A stretch of 64,000 nt of DNA, taken from contig CATNEN010000034.1 in the NCBI GenBank assembly GCA_950097015.1, positions 3,224,001 to 3,288,000 of the forward strand. Direction: 5' to 3'. A model generated the notes under the pieces. It was given only the letters and a program-made list of their open reading frames with translations, was not told the origin of the DNA and made no database searches. The stretch is from Macrostomum hystrix (taxonomy: Eukaryota > Animalia > Platyhelminthes). Positions 14,426 to 25,935 of the stretch are shown here, piece after piece (within the stretch, counting starts at the first letter, position 1; each line of letters begins with the position of its first letter). A program made the translations under genes and the position numbers.

Positions 14426-14585
14426 TTTCGGATCCGAGCAGGCCAAGCAGTTTACAGTTTTAAATGTCGACCTTGAAAATATTTCTGATCTTTTGAAACT
14501 GAATCTGAATCCTGAACCTGTTACGTAATTAATTTCAACATTTTTTGATTCGCAGGCTACGAAAGGAAAGAGAAGCTACATCATA

Positions 14586-15953
14586 ATGCTTCACCCAGCG
14601 CAGCTGCAGCAGCAGCAGCCACCACCTCTGCGCATCGTCAGCAGCAGCAGCAGCAGCAATGCGACCTCGCTGCTCCACACTGCCGGCGCTGGTGGCGCTT
14701 CATCCGTGACTTCGCCTTCGACAGAGCAAGTCCAGACTGTGGCCGTCAGCATCCAGCTGCAGTATCCGGCTGTGGCAGCCGCCGCCATCGCGCTGGCCGT
14801 TCTCATCGTCTGGACTCTCGTTGTCCTCGGCAATCTCCTTGTCATCGCGGCCATCGCCAGAGACCGCAAAGTGTCCAGCGTCCAGAACTGGTTTCTGGGC
14901 TCGCTGGCCTTCGCCGACCTACTCCTCGGCGTGCTGGTGATGCCGTTCTCCCTAGTCAAGCAACTGCTGGGCGCCTGGATCTTCGGCGAGCGCTGGTGCG
15001 AACTCTGGCTCGCCATAGACGTGTTGGCCTGCACAGCCAGCATTATGAACCTGTGCCTCATCAGCCTGGACCGCTACTGGAGCATTTCGCGAGCGCTGAC
15101 CTATCCGCGCCGGAGAACTCCGCGCCGAGCAGCCGCCATGATCGGCGTCGTCTGGCTCCTGTCGGCCGCCATCTGCCTGCCACCACTGCTAGGCTGGCGG
15201 AAGCCGCAGGCCCGGCCAGACAGATGCGAGCTGACGAACGACATTGGCTACGTGATGTACTCAAGCATGGGCAGCTTCTACATCCCCATGCTCATCATGC
15301 TGTTTGTCTACGCCAGGATTTTCCGCACAGCTCGTCGCAGGGCGAGGCGTCGCTGCCCACCAGCGTCGCGAAACGTCGACGCGCTGCGCCGATCAGCGAG
15401 TCGACTGCAGCAGCGAACCGCTTCTGCCACCGCCGCCTCCGTCGCTGCAGCCGACGCTGCCGCCGCGGCTGGAGCCGTCGCCGAGACAAATCCGACAACA
15501 GAGGCAGACGCCGAGGTGGCCAAAATCGACGACGTCGAGCTGGATGCAGAGGCTGACGCAGAAGCCGAAGCCGACGAGAATCTGGTGAGCAGTTGCGAGT
15601 GCCAAGGAGTCGCAAACTCCGCCAGCGGGACCGTCAACACCCCGGCGACGCCGGCGACGGGCGTGTCGGCAGCGGACGCGGCGCTGCAGCAGAAGCGCCG
15701 GCTGGCGCGGGCCCGCGAGCGCCGGGCCACCCTCGTCCTGGGCCTCATCATGGGCGCCTTCGTGCTCTGCTGGTTCCCGTTCTTCACCACCTACCTGGCT
15801 GACATCTTCTGCGGCTGCGTGCCTCTGATTATGTTCGACTTCTTCTTCTGGCTTGGCTACTGCAACAGCGCCCTGAATCCAGTGATTTACACCGTGTTCA
15901 ACAAGGACTTCCGGCAGGCCTTTCGCCGCATTCTCACCTGCGGCAGGCGATAG
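14586..15953 (+). CDS. ADRA2-like: Class A biogenic-amine GPCR, alpha2-adrenergic type (ADRA2 / Octalpha2R clade), 455 aa, CDS intronless
   Basis: Seven hydrophobic segments; GNLLV, QNWFLGSLAFAD, TM3 Asp in AIDVLACTASIMNLCLISLDRYWSI, RTPRRA, TM5 YSSMGSFYIP, REXRATLVLGLIMGAFVLCWFPFF, FFFWLGYCNSALNPVIYTVFNKDFRQAF; N-glycosylation sequon NAT; C-terminal Cys. Splice acceptor TTCGCAG at 14555, just upstream. Confidence 0.93.
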   Translation: MLHPAQLQQQQPPPLRIVSSSSSSNATSLLHTAGAGGASSVTSPSTEQVQTVAVSIQLQYPAVAAAAIALAVLIVWTLVVLGNLLVIAAIARDRKVSSVQNWFLGSLAFADLLLGVLVMPFSLVKQLLGAWIFGERWCELWLAIDVLACTASIMNLCLISLDRYWSISRALTYPRRRTPRRAAAMIGVVWLLSAAICLPPLLGWRKPQARPDRCELTNDIGYVMYSSMGSFYIPMLIMLFVYARIFRTARRRARRRCPPASRNVDALRRSASRLQQRTASATAASVAAADAAAAAGAVAETNPTTEADAEVAKIDDVELDAEADAEAEADENLVSSCECQGVANSASGTVNTPATPATGVSAADAALQQKRRLARARERRATLVLGLIMGAFVLCWFPFFTTYLADIFCGCVPLIMFDFFFWLGYCNSALNPVIYTVFNKDFRQAFRRILTCGRR

Positions 15954-15959
15954 TAGTGC

Positions 15960-16012
15960 CGGCAGAGCTTCTAGCTTAGTTCGAGAGGTCGGGAGTTCGA
16001 ATCCCATTGGAT
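15960..16012 (+). other. tRNA-like T-arm/B-box fragment, probable SINE remnant, just after the GPCR stop
   Basis: GAGGTCGGGAGTTCGAATCCCA resembles the family-1 SINE head; no body recognised. Confidence 0.4.
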
Positions 16013-16352
16013 AGAAAACTGGGTGAGGGTGAGCCCACCAGTCCACGGAAGGCTAAGTGGAATTTCTGTTCCATCGCCTTTTAGGTATCTTAAAGTGCTT
16101 ATAGAATCGGGCACACGTACAATTGTAAATGATTTGTTGAGCATAAAAAGTCTGTGCTATGTATTTTTCGATTTTATTTCGAGTTAAATTTCGCGCACAC
16201 CAAGCTAGCTTAATATACAACAATTAATAGTACAATGCATTTTTTACGAACTGTAAAAACCTTTGAATTAACATAAAAGTTCTTTGACATGTACTCCTTT
16301 TTTTTAAAAGCCACGAGCAGAAATCAACTGCGGCAGATGCTTATGAAGCCAG

Positions 16353-16522
16353 CCTGGTGAGATTTGATTTACACTGGTGAGATTTGATTTACACTGGTGA
16401 GATTTGATTTACACTGGTGAGATTTGATTTACACTGGTGAGATTTGATTTACACTGGTGAGATTTGATTTACACTGGTGAGATTTGAATGAGACTGGTGA
16501 GATTTTAAAGGTACTGGTGAGA
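16353..16522. repeat. Minisatellite, 20-nt unit ACTGGTGAGATTTGATTTAC
   Basis: About 8 copies. Confidence 0.93.
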
Positions 16523-16676
16523 TCTGTACTGATGATATTCATGAGATTTGAGTCATACAAGAATAGCTGTAGTTCATATAGCTGTAAATATGAAATTAAC
16601 TAGTCAAAACACTTTCATTTCATCCCATAAAACAGTTTGATCAAGAAGACTTCAAGCTGGCCAGTACAAAGAATCA

Positions 16677-19600
16677 TATCTGGCTAGGAATCTAGCTACT
16701 GATCTGGCTAGGAATCTAGCTACTGATCTGGCTAGGAATCTAGCTACTGATCTGGCTAGGAATCTAGCTACTGATCTGGCTAGGAATCTAGCTACTGATC
16801 TAGCTAGGAATCTAGCTACTGATCTGGCTAGGAATCTAGCTACTGATCTAGCTAGGAATCTAGCTACTGATCTAGCTAGGAATCTAGCTACTGATCTGGC
16901 TAGGAACCTAGCTACTGATCTAGCTAGGAATCTAGCTACTGATCTGGCTAGGAATCTAGCTACTGATCTGGCTAGGAATCTAGCTACTGGTCTGGCTAGG
17001 AATCTAGCTACTGATCTAGCTAGGAATCTAGCTACTGATCTGGCTAGGAATCTAGCTACTGATCTAGCTAGGAATCTAGCTACTGATCTGGCTAGAAATC
17101 TAGCTACTGATCTGGCTAGGAATCTAGCTACTGATCTGGCTAGGAATCTAGCTACTGATCTAGCTAGGAATCTAGCTACTGATCTGGCTAGGAATCTAGC
17201 TACTGATCTGGCTAGAAATCTAGCTACTGATCTGGCTAGGAATCTAGCTACTGATCTGGCTAGGAATCTAGCTACTGATCTGGCTAGGAATCTAGCTACT
17301 GATCTGGCTAGGAATCTAGCTACTGATCTGGCTAGGAATCTAGCTACTGATCTAGCTAGGAATCTAGCTACTGATCTAGCTAGGAATCTAGCTACTGATC
17401 TAGCTAGGAATCTAGCTACTGATCTGGCTAGGAATCTAGCTACTGATCTAGCTAGGAATCTAGCTACTGATCTAGCTAGGAATCTAGCTACTGATCTGGC
17501 TAGGAATCTAGCTACTGATCTGGCTAGGAATCTAGCTACTGATCTAGCTAGGAATCTAGCTACTGATCTAGCTAGGAATCTAGCTACTGGTCTGGCTAGG
17601 AATCTAGCTACTGATCGGGCTAGGAATCTAGCTACTGATCTGACTAGGAGTCTAGCTACTGATCTGGCTAGGAATCTAGTTACTGGTCTGGCTAGGAATC
17701 TAGCTACTGATCTGGCTAGGAATCTAGCTACTGATCTAGCTAGGAATCTAGTTACTGGTCTGGCTAGAAATCTAGCTACTGATCTAGCTAGGAATCTAGC
17801 TACTGATCTGGCTAGAAATCTAGCTACTGATCTAGCTAGGAATCTAGCTACTGATCTAGCTAGGAATCTAGCTACTGATCTAGCTAGGAATCTAGCTACT
17901 GATCTGGCTAGGAATCTAGCTACTGATCTAGCTAGGAATCTAGCTACTGATCTAGCTAGGAATCTAGCTACTGATCTAGCTAGGAATCTAGCTACTGATC
18001 TAGCTAGGAATCTAGCTACTGATCTAGCTAGGAATCTAGCTACTGATCTAGCTAGGAATCTAGTTACTGGTCTGGCTAGGAATCTAGCTACTGATCTGGC
18101 TAGGAATCTAGCTACTGATCTAGCTAGGAATCTAGCTACTGATCTGGCTAGGAATCTAGCTACTGATCTGGCTAGGAATCTAGCTACTGATCTAGCTAGG
18201 AATCTAGCTACTGATCTGGCTAGGAATCTAGCTACTGATCTGGCTAGGAATCTAGCTACTGATCTAGCTAGGAATCTAGCTACTGATCTGGCTAGGAACC
18301 TAGCTACTGATCTAGCTAGGAATCTAGCTACTGATCTGGCTAGGAATCTAGCTACTGATCTGGCTAGGAATCTAGCTACTGGTCTGGCTAGGAATCTAGC
18401 TACTGATCTAGCTAGGAATCTAGCTACTGATCTGGCTAGGAATCTAGCTACTGATCTAGCTAGGAATCTAGCTACTGATCTGGCTAGAAATCTAGCTACT
18501 GATCTGGCTAGGAATCTAGCTACTGATCTGGCTAGGAATCTAGCTACTGATCTAGCTAGGAATCTAGCTACTGATCTGGCTAGGAATCTAGCTACTGATC
18601 TGGCTAGAAATCTAGCTACTGATCTGGCTAGGAATCTAGCTACTGATCTGGCTAGGAATCTAGCTACTGATCTGGCTAGGAATCTAGCTACTGATCTGGC
18701 TAGGAATCTAGCTACTGATCTGGCTAGGAATCTAGCTACTGATCTAGCTAGGAATCTAGCTACTGATCTAGCTAGGAATCTAGCTACTGATCTAGCTAGG
18801 AATCTAGCTACTGATCTGGCTAGGAATCTAGCTACTGATCTAGCTAGGAATCTAGCTACTGATCTAGCTAGGAATCTAGCTACTGATCTGGCTAGGAATC
18901 TAGCTACTGATCTGGCTAGGAATCTAGCTACTGATCTAGCTAGGAATCTAGCTACTGATCTAGCTAGGAATCTAGCTACTGGTCTGGCTAGGAATCTAGC
19001 TACTGATCGGGCTAGGAATCTAGCTACTGATCTGACTAGGAGTCTAGCTACTGATCTGGCTAGGAATCTAGTTACTGGTCTGGCTAGGAATCTAGCTACT
19101 GATCTGGCTAGGAATCTAGCTACTGATCTAGCTAGGAATCTAGTTACTGGTCTGGCTAGAAATCTAGCTACTGATCTAGCTAGGAATCTAGCTACTGATC
19201 TGGCTAGAAATCTAGCTACTGATCTAGCTAGGAATCTAGCTACTGATCTAGCTAGGAATCTAGCTACTGATCTAGCTAGGAATCTAGCTACTGATCTGGC
19301 TAGGAATCTAGCTACTGATCTAGCTAGGAATCTAGCTACTGATCTAGCTAGGAATCTAGCTACTGATCTAGCTAGGAATCTAGCTACTGATCTAGCTAGG
19401 AATCTAGCTACTGATCTAGCTAGGAATCTAGCTACTGATCTAGCTAGGAATCTAGTTACTGGTCTGGCTAGGAATCTAGCTACTGATCTAGCTAGGAATC
19501 TAGCTACTGATCTAGCTAGGAATCTAGCTACTGATCTAGCTAGGAATCTAGCTACTGATCTAGCTAGGAATCTAGTTACTGGTCTGGCTAGGAATCTAGC

Positions 19601-20712
19601 TACTGATCTAGCTAGGAATCTAGCTACTGATCTAGCTAGGAATCTAGCTACTGATCTAGCTAGGAATCTAGCTACTGATCTAGCTAGGAATCTAGCTACT
19701 GATCTAGCTAGGAATCTAGCTACTGATCTAGCTAGGAATCTAGTTACTGGTCTGGCTAGGAATCTAGCTACTGATCTAGCTAGGAATCTAGCTACTGATC
19801 TAGCTAGGAATCTAGCTACTGATCTGGCTAGGAATCTAGCTACTGATCTAGCTAGGAATCTAGCTACTGATCTAGCTAGGAATCTAGCTACTGATCTAGC
19901 TAGGAATCTAGCTACTGATCTAGCTAGGAATCTAGCTACTGATCTAGCTAGGAATCTAGCTACTGATCTAGCTAGGAATCTAGCTACTGATCTAGCTAGG
20001 AATCTAGCTACTGATGTGGCTAGGAATCTAGCTACTGATCTGGCTAGGAATCTAGCTACTGATCTAGCTAGGAATCTAGCTACTGATCTGGCTAGGAATC
20101 TAGCTACTGATCTAGCTAGGAATCTAGTTACTGGTCTGGCTAGGAATCTAGCTACTGATCTAGCTAGGAATCTAGCTACTGATCTAGCTAGGAATCTAGC
20201 TACTGATCTGGCTAGGAATCTAGCTACTGATCTAGCTAGGAATCTAGCTACTGATCTAGCTAGGAATCTAGCTACTGATCTAGCTAGGAATCTAGCTACT
20301 GATCTAGCTAGGAATCTAGCTACTGATCTAGCTAGGAATCTAGCTACTGATCTAGCTAGGAATCTAGCTACTGATCTAGCTAGGAATCTAGCTACTGATG
20401 TGGCTAGGAATCTAGCTACTGATCTGGCTAGGAATCTAGCTACTGATCTAGCTAGGAATCTAGCTACTGATCTGGCTAGGAATCTAGCTACTGATCTGGC
20501 TAGGAATCTAGCTACTGATCTGGCTAGGAATCTAGCTACTGATCTGGCTAGGAATCTAGCTACTGATCTAGCTAGGAATCTAGCTACTGATCTAGCTAGG
20601 AATCTAGCTACTGATCTAGCTAGGAATCTAGCTACTGATCTGGCTAGGAATCTAGCTACTGATCTAGCTAGGAATCTAGCTACTGATCTAGCTAGGAATC
20701 TAGCTACTGATC
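16677..20712. repeat. Minisatellite, 24-nt unit T(A/G)GCTAGGAATCTAGCTACTGATC, about 168 copies
   Basis: Direct tandem periodicity; longest array in the window. Confidence 0.97.
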
Positions 20713-21048
20713 TAACGCAGTGATTTTTTTAGCCACAGTTCTATCTAAGACTTTAGCTTTGATTCGGCCTTAGAACAGCTACCGCATCTGCTGGCTCGTT
20801 TTTTTGGATTAGTTCAATAAGCTGCTCCAGAAAGCTCATTTGAATCTGCTGCTGCTGCATGTTGGATAAGTCTAGAGGCATGGCTCTCTCTCTGACTTTG
20901 TACTTTCTGGCTGCTTTTTCTGAAATCAGAAAACCCAATATGACATCAGAATTAGCAAGTACACTGCTTTGATCTCAGCATTACATAATGATGTACGAGT
21001 GACGCTTTCATGCATGATTGAAACTATTTAATTAGATTTAATTACTAT

Positions 21049-21742
21049 TGAGCAGGGTGAGTGAGTGAGCAGGGTGAGTGAGTGAGCAGGGTGAGTGAGT
21101 GAGCAGGGTGAGTGAGTGAGCAGGGTGAGTGAGTGAGCAGGGTGAGTGAGTGAGCAGGGTGAGTGAGTGAGCAGGGTGAGTGAGTGAGCAGGGTGAGTGA
21201 GTGAGCAGGGTGAGTGAGTGAGTGAGTAGGGTGAGTGAGTGAGCAGGGTGAGTGAGTGAGCAGGGTGAGTGAGTGAGTGAGCAGGGTGAGTGAGTGAGCA
21301 GGGTGAGTGAGTGAGTGAGCAGGGTGAGTGAGTGAGTGAGCAGGGTGAGTGAGTGAGCAGTGTGAGTGAGTGAGCAGTGTGAGTGAGTGAGCAGGGTGAG
21401 TGAGTGAGCAGTGTGAGTGAGTGAGCAGGGTGAGTGAGTGAGTGAGCAGGGTGAGTGAGTGAGTGAGCAGGGTGAGTGAGTGAGCAGTGTGAGTGAGTGA
21501 GCAGGGTGAGTGAGTGAGCAGGGTGAGTGAGTGAGCAGGGTGAGTGAGTGAGCAGTGTGAGTGAGTGAGCAGGGTGAGTGAGTGAGTGAGCAGGGTGAGT
21601 GAGTGAGTAGGGTGAGTGAGTGAGCAGGGTGAGTGAGTGAGCAGTGTGAGTGAGTGAGCAGGGTGAGTGAGTGAGTGAGCAGGGTGAGTGAGTGAGTAGG
21701 GTGAGTGAGTGAGCAGGGTGAGTGAGTGAGTGAGTAGGGTGA
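21049..21742. repeat. Minisatellite, 17/21-nt unit GAGCAGGGTGAGTGAGT(GAGT)
   Basis: About 40 copies built on (GAGT)n. Confidence 0.96.
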
Positions 21743-22114
21743 GTGAGTGAGCAGGGTGAGTGGTCAGGCCTCTGGATAAAGGTCGTATAATCTGGGATCA
21801 GGGAGTCTCATTGAGCTAATAAGCTGCTCCCTAGCAATTCCCATAGACTATAACCTAAGGCTCTAACTGCTAATGTAAACAAAATCTTTGTTTTTCTACT
21901 TGTGATCTACGATAAATGTACTTTTTCTAGTTTTTCCTGCAATAAAATGGCCATATCCCAATGTAATTTAAAATGTGCATAATTTAGAAATCCTTGTTGG
22001 AAATGTCTGGCCAATTTTTGAGTTTCATCCCGCTAGCTAAAATAACTTGTTTGCATAATTTTGAGTTTATCTTGAATTAATGAGAAGAAATGCTTCAATA
22101 TCCTAGGTAACAAA

Positions 22115-22779
22115 TATGACATCAAATACTGTACTCAAAGTATGACAAATACTGTACTCAAAGTATGACAAATACTGTACTCAAAGTATGACAAATACTG
22201 TACTCAAAGTATGACAAATACTGTACTCAAAGTATGACAAACACTGTACTCAAAGTATGACAAATACTGTACTCAAAGTATGACAGATACTGTACTCAAA
22301 GTATGACAAATACTGTACTCAAAGTATGACAAATACTGTACTCAAAGTATGACAAATATTGTACTCAAAGTATGACAAATACTGTACTCAAAGTTTGACA
22401 AATACTGTACTCAAAGTATGACAAATACTGTACTCAAAGTATGACAAATACTGTACTCAAAGTATGACAAATACTGTACTCAAAGTATGACAAATACTGT
22501 ACTCAAAGTATGACAAATACTGTACTCAAAGTATGACAGATACTGTACTCAAAGTATGACAAATACTGTACTCAAAGTATGACAAATACTGTACTCAAAG
22601 TATGACAAATACTGTACTCAAAGTATGACAAATACTGCACTCAAAGTATGACAAATACTGTACTCAAAGTATGACAGATACTGTACTCAAAGTATGACAG
22701 ATACTGTACTCAAAGTATGACAAATACTGTACTCAAAGTATGACAAATACTGTACTCAAAGTATGACAAATACTGCACT
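22115..22779. repeat. Minisatellite, 23-nt unit TATGACAAATACTGTACTCAAAG
   Basis: About 29 copies. Confidence 0.96.
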
Positions 22780-23162
22780 AAAAACGGTTGGTGAAGCTCG
22801 TTATAAATTCGTCAGGTTGTGTATTTGCAAGGATTGCTTAATTTAGCTCCTAGATTCTCCACTAGATTCTCCACTGATCCGATTTTGCAAAACCAGAAGC
22901 CCATAGGATTTTTCTAATCAGCTCTCAATCTCCGAGTCCCATCCCTGTTTTGCCTCCCCAGTGTTTTGGTTCAAACTGTTTTGATGGACATTAGATCATT
23001 ACAGCTGGTCTTGCTAATCAACTATAGATGCCACGTTGCTGTGTGGATTAGTAATGAGCTCGGTTGGATTTCGAAGCTAATGATGCCAAGCCTATTGTTG
23101 AATCATTTTAGTACAAAAAATGTGGAACATGACGTGGAATTGATCCTAGATGGATCAGGTAG

Positions 23163-25085
23163 GAGGGAGTGCCTACCTGAAGAGTGAGAGGGAGTGCCTA
23201 CCTGAAGAGTGAGATGGAGAGCCTACCTGAAGAGTGCGAGGGAGAGCCTACCTGAAGAGTGAGATGGAGAGCCTACCTGAAGAGTGCGAGGGAGAGCCTA
23301 CCTGAAGAGTGAGATGGAGAGCCTACCTGAAGAGTGAGAGGGAGTGCCTACCTGAAGAGTGAGATGGAGTGCCTAGCTGAAGAGTGAGAGGGAGAGCCTA
23401 CCTGAAGAGTGAGATGGAGAGCCTACCTGAAGAGTGAGAGGGAGAGCCTACCTGAAGAGTGAGAGGGAGAGCCTACCTGAAGAGTGAGATGGAGTGCCTA
23501 CCTGAAGAGTGAGAGGGAGAGCCTACCTGAAGAGTGAGAGGGAGTGCCTACCTGAAGAGTGAGAGGGAGAGCCTACCTGAAGAGTGAGAGGGAGAGCCTA
23601 CCTGAAGAGTGAGAGGGAGAGCCTACCTGAAGAGTGAGAGGGAGTGCCTACCTGAAGAGTGAGAGGGAGAGCCTACCTGAAGAGTGAGAGGGAGTGCCTA
23701 CCTGAAGAGTGAGAGGGAGTGCCTACCTGAAGAGTGAGATGGAGAGCCTACCTGAAGAGTGAGATGGAGAGCCTACCTGAAGAGTGAGATGGAGAGCCTA
23801 CCTGAAGAGTGAGAGGGAGTGCCTACCTGAAGAGTGAGATGGAGAGCCTACCTGAAGAGTGAGATGGAGAGCCTACCTGAAGAGTGAGAGGGAGTGCCTA
23901 CCTGAAGAGTGAGATGGAGAGCCTACCTGAAGAGTGAGAGGGAGAGCCTACCTGAAGAGTGAGAGGGAGTGCCTACCTGAAGAGTGAGAGGGAGTGCCTA
24001 CCTGAAGAGTGAGATGGAGAGCCTACCTGAAGAGTGCGAGGGAGAGCCTACCTGAAGAGTGAGATGGAGAGCCTACCTGAAGAGTGCGAGGGAGAGCCTA
24101 CCTGAAGAGTGAGATGGAGAGCCTACCTGAAGAGTGAGAGGGAGTGCCTACCTGAAGAGTGAGATGGAGTGCCTAGCTGAAGAGTGAGAGGGAGAGCCTA
24201 CCTGAAGAGTGAGATGGAGAGCCTACCTGAAGAGTGAGAGGGAGAGCCTACCTGAAGAGTGAGAGGGAGAGCCTACCTGAAGAGTGAGATGGAGTGCCTA
24301 CCTGAAGAGTGAGAGGGAGAGCCTACCTGAAGAGTGAGAGGGAGTGCCTACCTGAAGAGTGAGAGGGAGAGCCTACCTGAAGAGTGAGATGGAGAGCCTA
24401 CCTGAAGAGTGAGATGGAGAGCCTACCTGAAGAGTGAGATGGAGAGCCTACCTGAAGAGTGAGATGGAGAGCCTACCTGAAGAGTGAGATGGAGAGCCTA
24501 CCTGAAGAGTGAGATGGAGAGCCTACCTGAAGAGTGAGAGGGAGTGCTTACCTGAAGAGTGAGATGGAGAGCCTACCTGAAGAGTGAGAGGGAGTGCCTA
24601 ACTGTAGAGTGAGAGGGAGAGCCTACCTGAAGAGTGAGAGGGAGAGCCTAGCTGAAGAGTGAGAGGGAGTGCCTACCTGAAGAGTGAGAGGGAGAGCCTA
24701 CCTGAAGAGTGAGAGGGAGAGCCTACCTGAAGAGTGAGAGGGAGTGCCTACCTGAAGAGTGAGAGGGAGAGCCTACCTGAAGAGTGAGAGGCAGTGCCTA
24801 CCTGAAGAGTGAGAGGGAGTGCCTACCTGAAGAGTGAGAGGGAGTGCCTACCTGAGGAGTGAGATGGAGAGCCTACCTGAAGATTGAGAGGGAGAGCCTA
24901 CCTGAAGAGTGAGAGGGAGAGCCTACCTGAAGAGTGAGAGGGAAAGCCTACCTGAAGAGTGAGAGGGAGAGCCTACCTGAAGAGTGAGAGGGAAAGCCTA
25001 CCTGAAGAGTGAGAGGGAGAGCCTACCTGAAGAGTGAGAGGGAGAGCCTACCTGAAGAGTGAGAGGGAGAGCCTACCTGAAGAGA
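23163..25085. repeat. Minisatellite, 25-nt unit GAGA(G/T)GGAG(A/T)GCCTACCTGAAGAGT, about 77 copies
   Basis: Direct tandem periodicity. Confidence 0.97.
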
Positions 25086-25459
25086 TGAAGGTGTGATTGA
25101 AAGCAGAGTCCGATTGAAACTGGGGGCATCAAAAGTGCCAGGATTATAGTTGAAACTTCAGAATGTTGATCCGAATGTGAATAGGTTTGTCGTCTTTCTA
25201 CTTTTCTACTTTTGTACTTTTCGAAATACACGCAAAAATCATAAATATGTTGACGCGCCATTGACCGGACCCAAGGTTGCGGCTCGAAAGGTGGATTCGG
25301 AAATAATTGGGCCATTTTTCAGTCTAACACTAGCTATATCAGCGTAATCGGGGGATAATCAAAAATGTTTATTTTGTTTTCCCGCGAAACTAATGTAATT
25401 TTAAATTTTCTATAAGTACTTTTCAGCGCCAGCCTTTTAGCCAAAATGGCCGCACTGGC

Positions 25460-25935
25460 TTATAAACACACCTGAGTTTCTGAATAGCTTAATAAACAAA
25501 CCTGAGTTACTGAATAGCTTTATAAACAAACCTGAGTTACTGAATAGCTTAATAAACAAACCTGAGTTACTGAATAGCTTAATAAACAAACCTGAGTTAC
25601 TGAATAGCTTAATAAACAAACCTGAGTTACTGAATAGCTTAATAAACACGCCTGAGTTACTGAATAGCTTTATAAACACACCTGAGTTACTGAATAGCTT
25701 TATAAACACACCTGAGTTACTGAATAGCTTTATAAACACACCTGAGTTACTGAATAGCTTAATAAACACACCTGAGTTACTGAATAGCTTAGTAAACACG
25801 CCTGAGTTTCTGAATAGCTTAATAAACACACCTGCGGTACTGAATGAGGTACTAAATAGCGTAATAAACACACCTGAGGTACCGAATAGCTTTATAAACA
25901 CACCTGAGGTACCGAATAGCTTTATAAACACACGG
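25460..25935. repeat. Minisatellite, 30-nt unit CCTGAGTTACTGAATAGCTT(A/T)ATAAACA(A/C)A
   Basis: About 16 copies. Confidence 0.95.

Noticed and set aside
10987-14446. Very long ORFs (717 aa DWDNLGCELI repeat on +, 1145 aa on -)
   Set aside because: They are translations of a 30-nt minisatellite lacking stops in some frames. Variants introduce stops in the + frame, and there is no non-repetitive domain or splice context.
14591-16046. Antisense and alternative-frame ORFs over the GPCR
   Set aside because: Shadow ORFs of a GC-rich coding region; no recognisable protein features.
20016-20723. ARNLATDL-repeat ORF (and the STILK-repeat ORF at 45158-46009)
   Set aside because: In-frame minisatellite units; the common A variant creates stops in other frames, and there is no coding signature.
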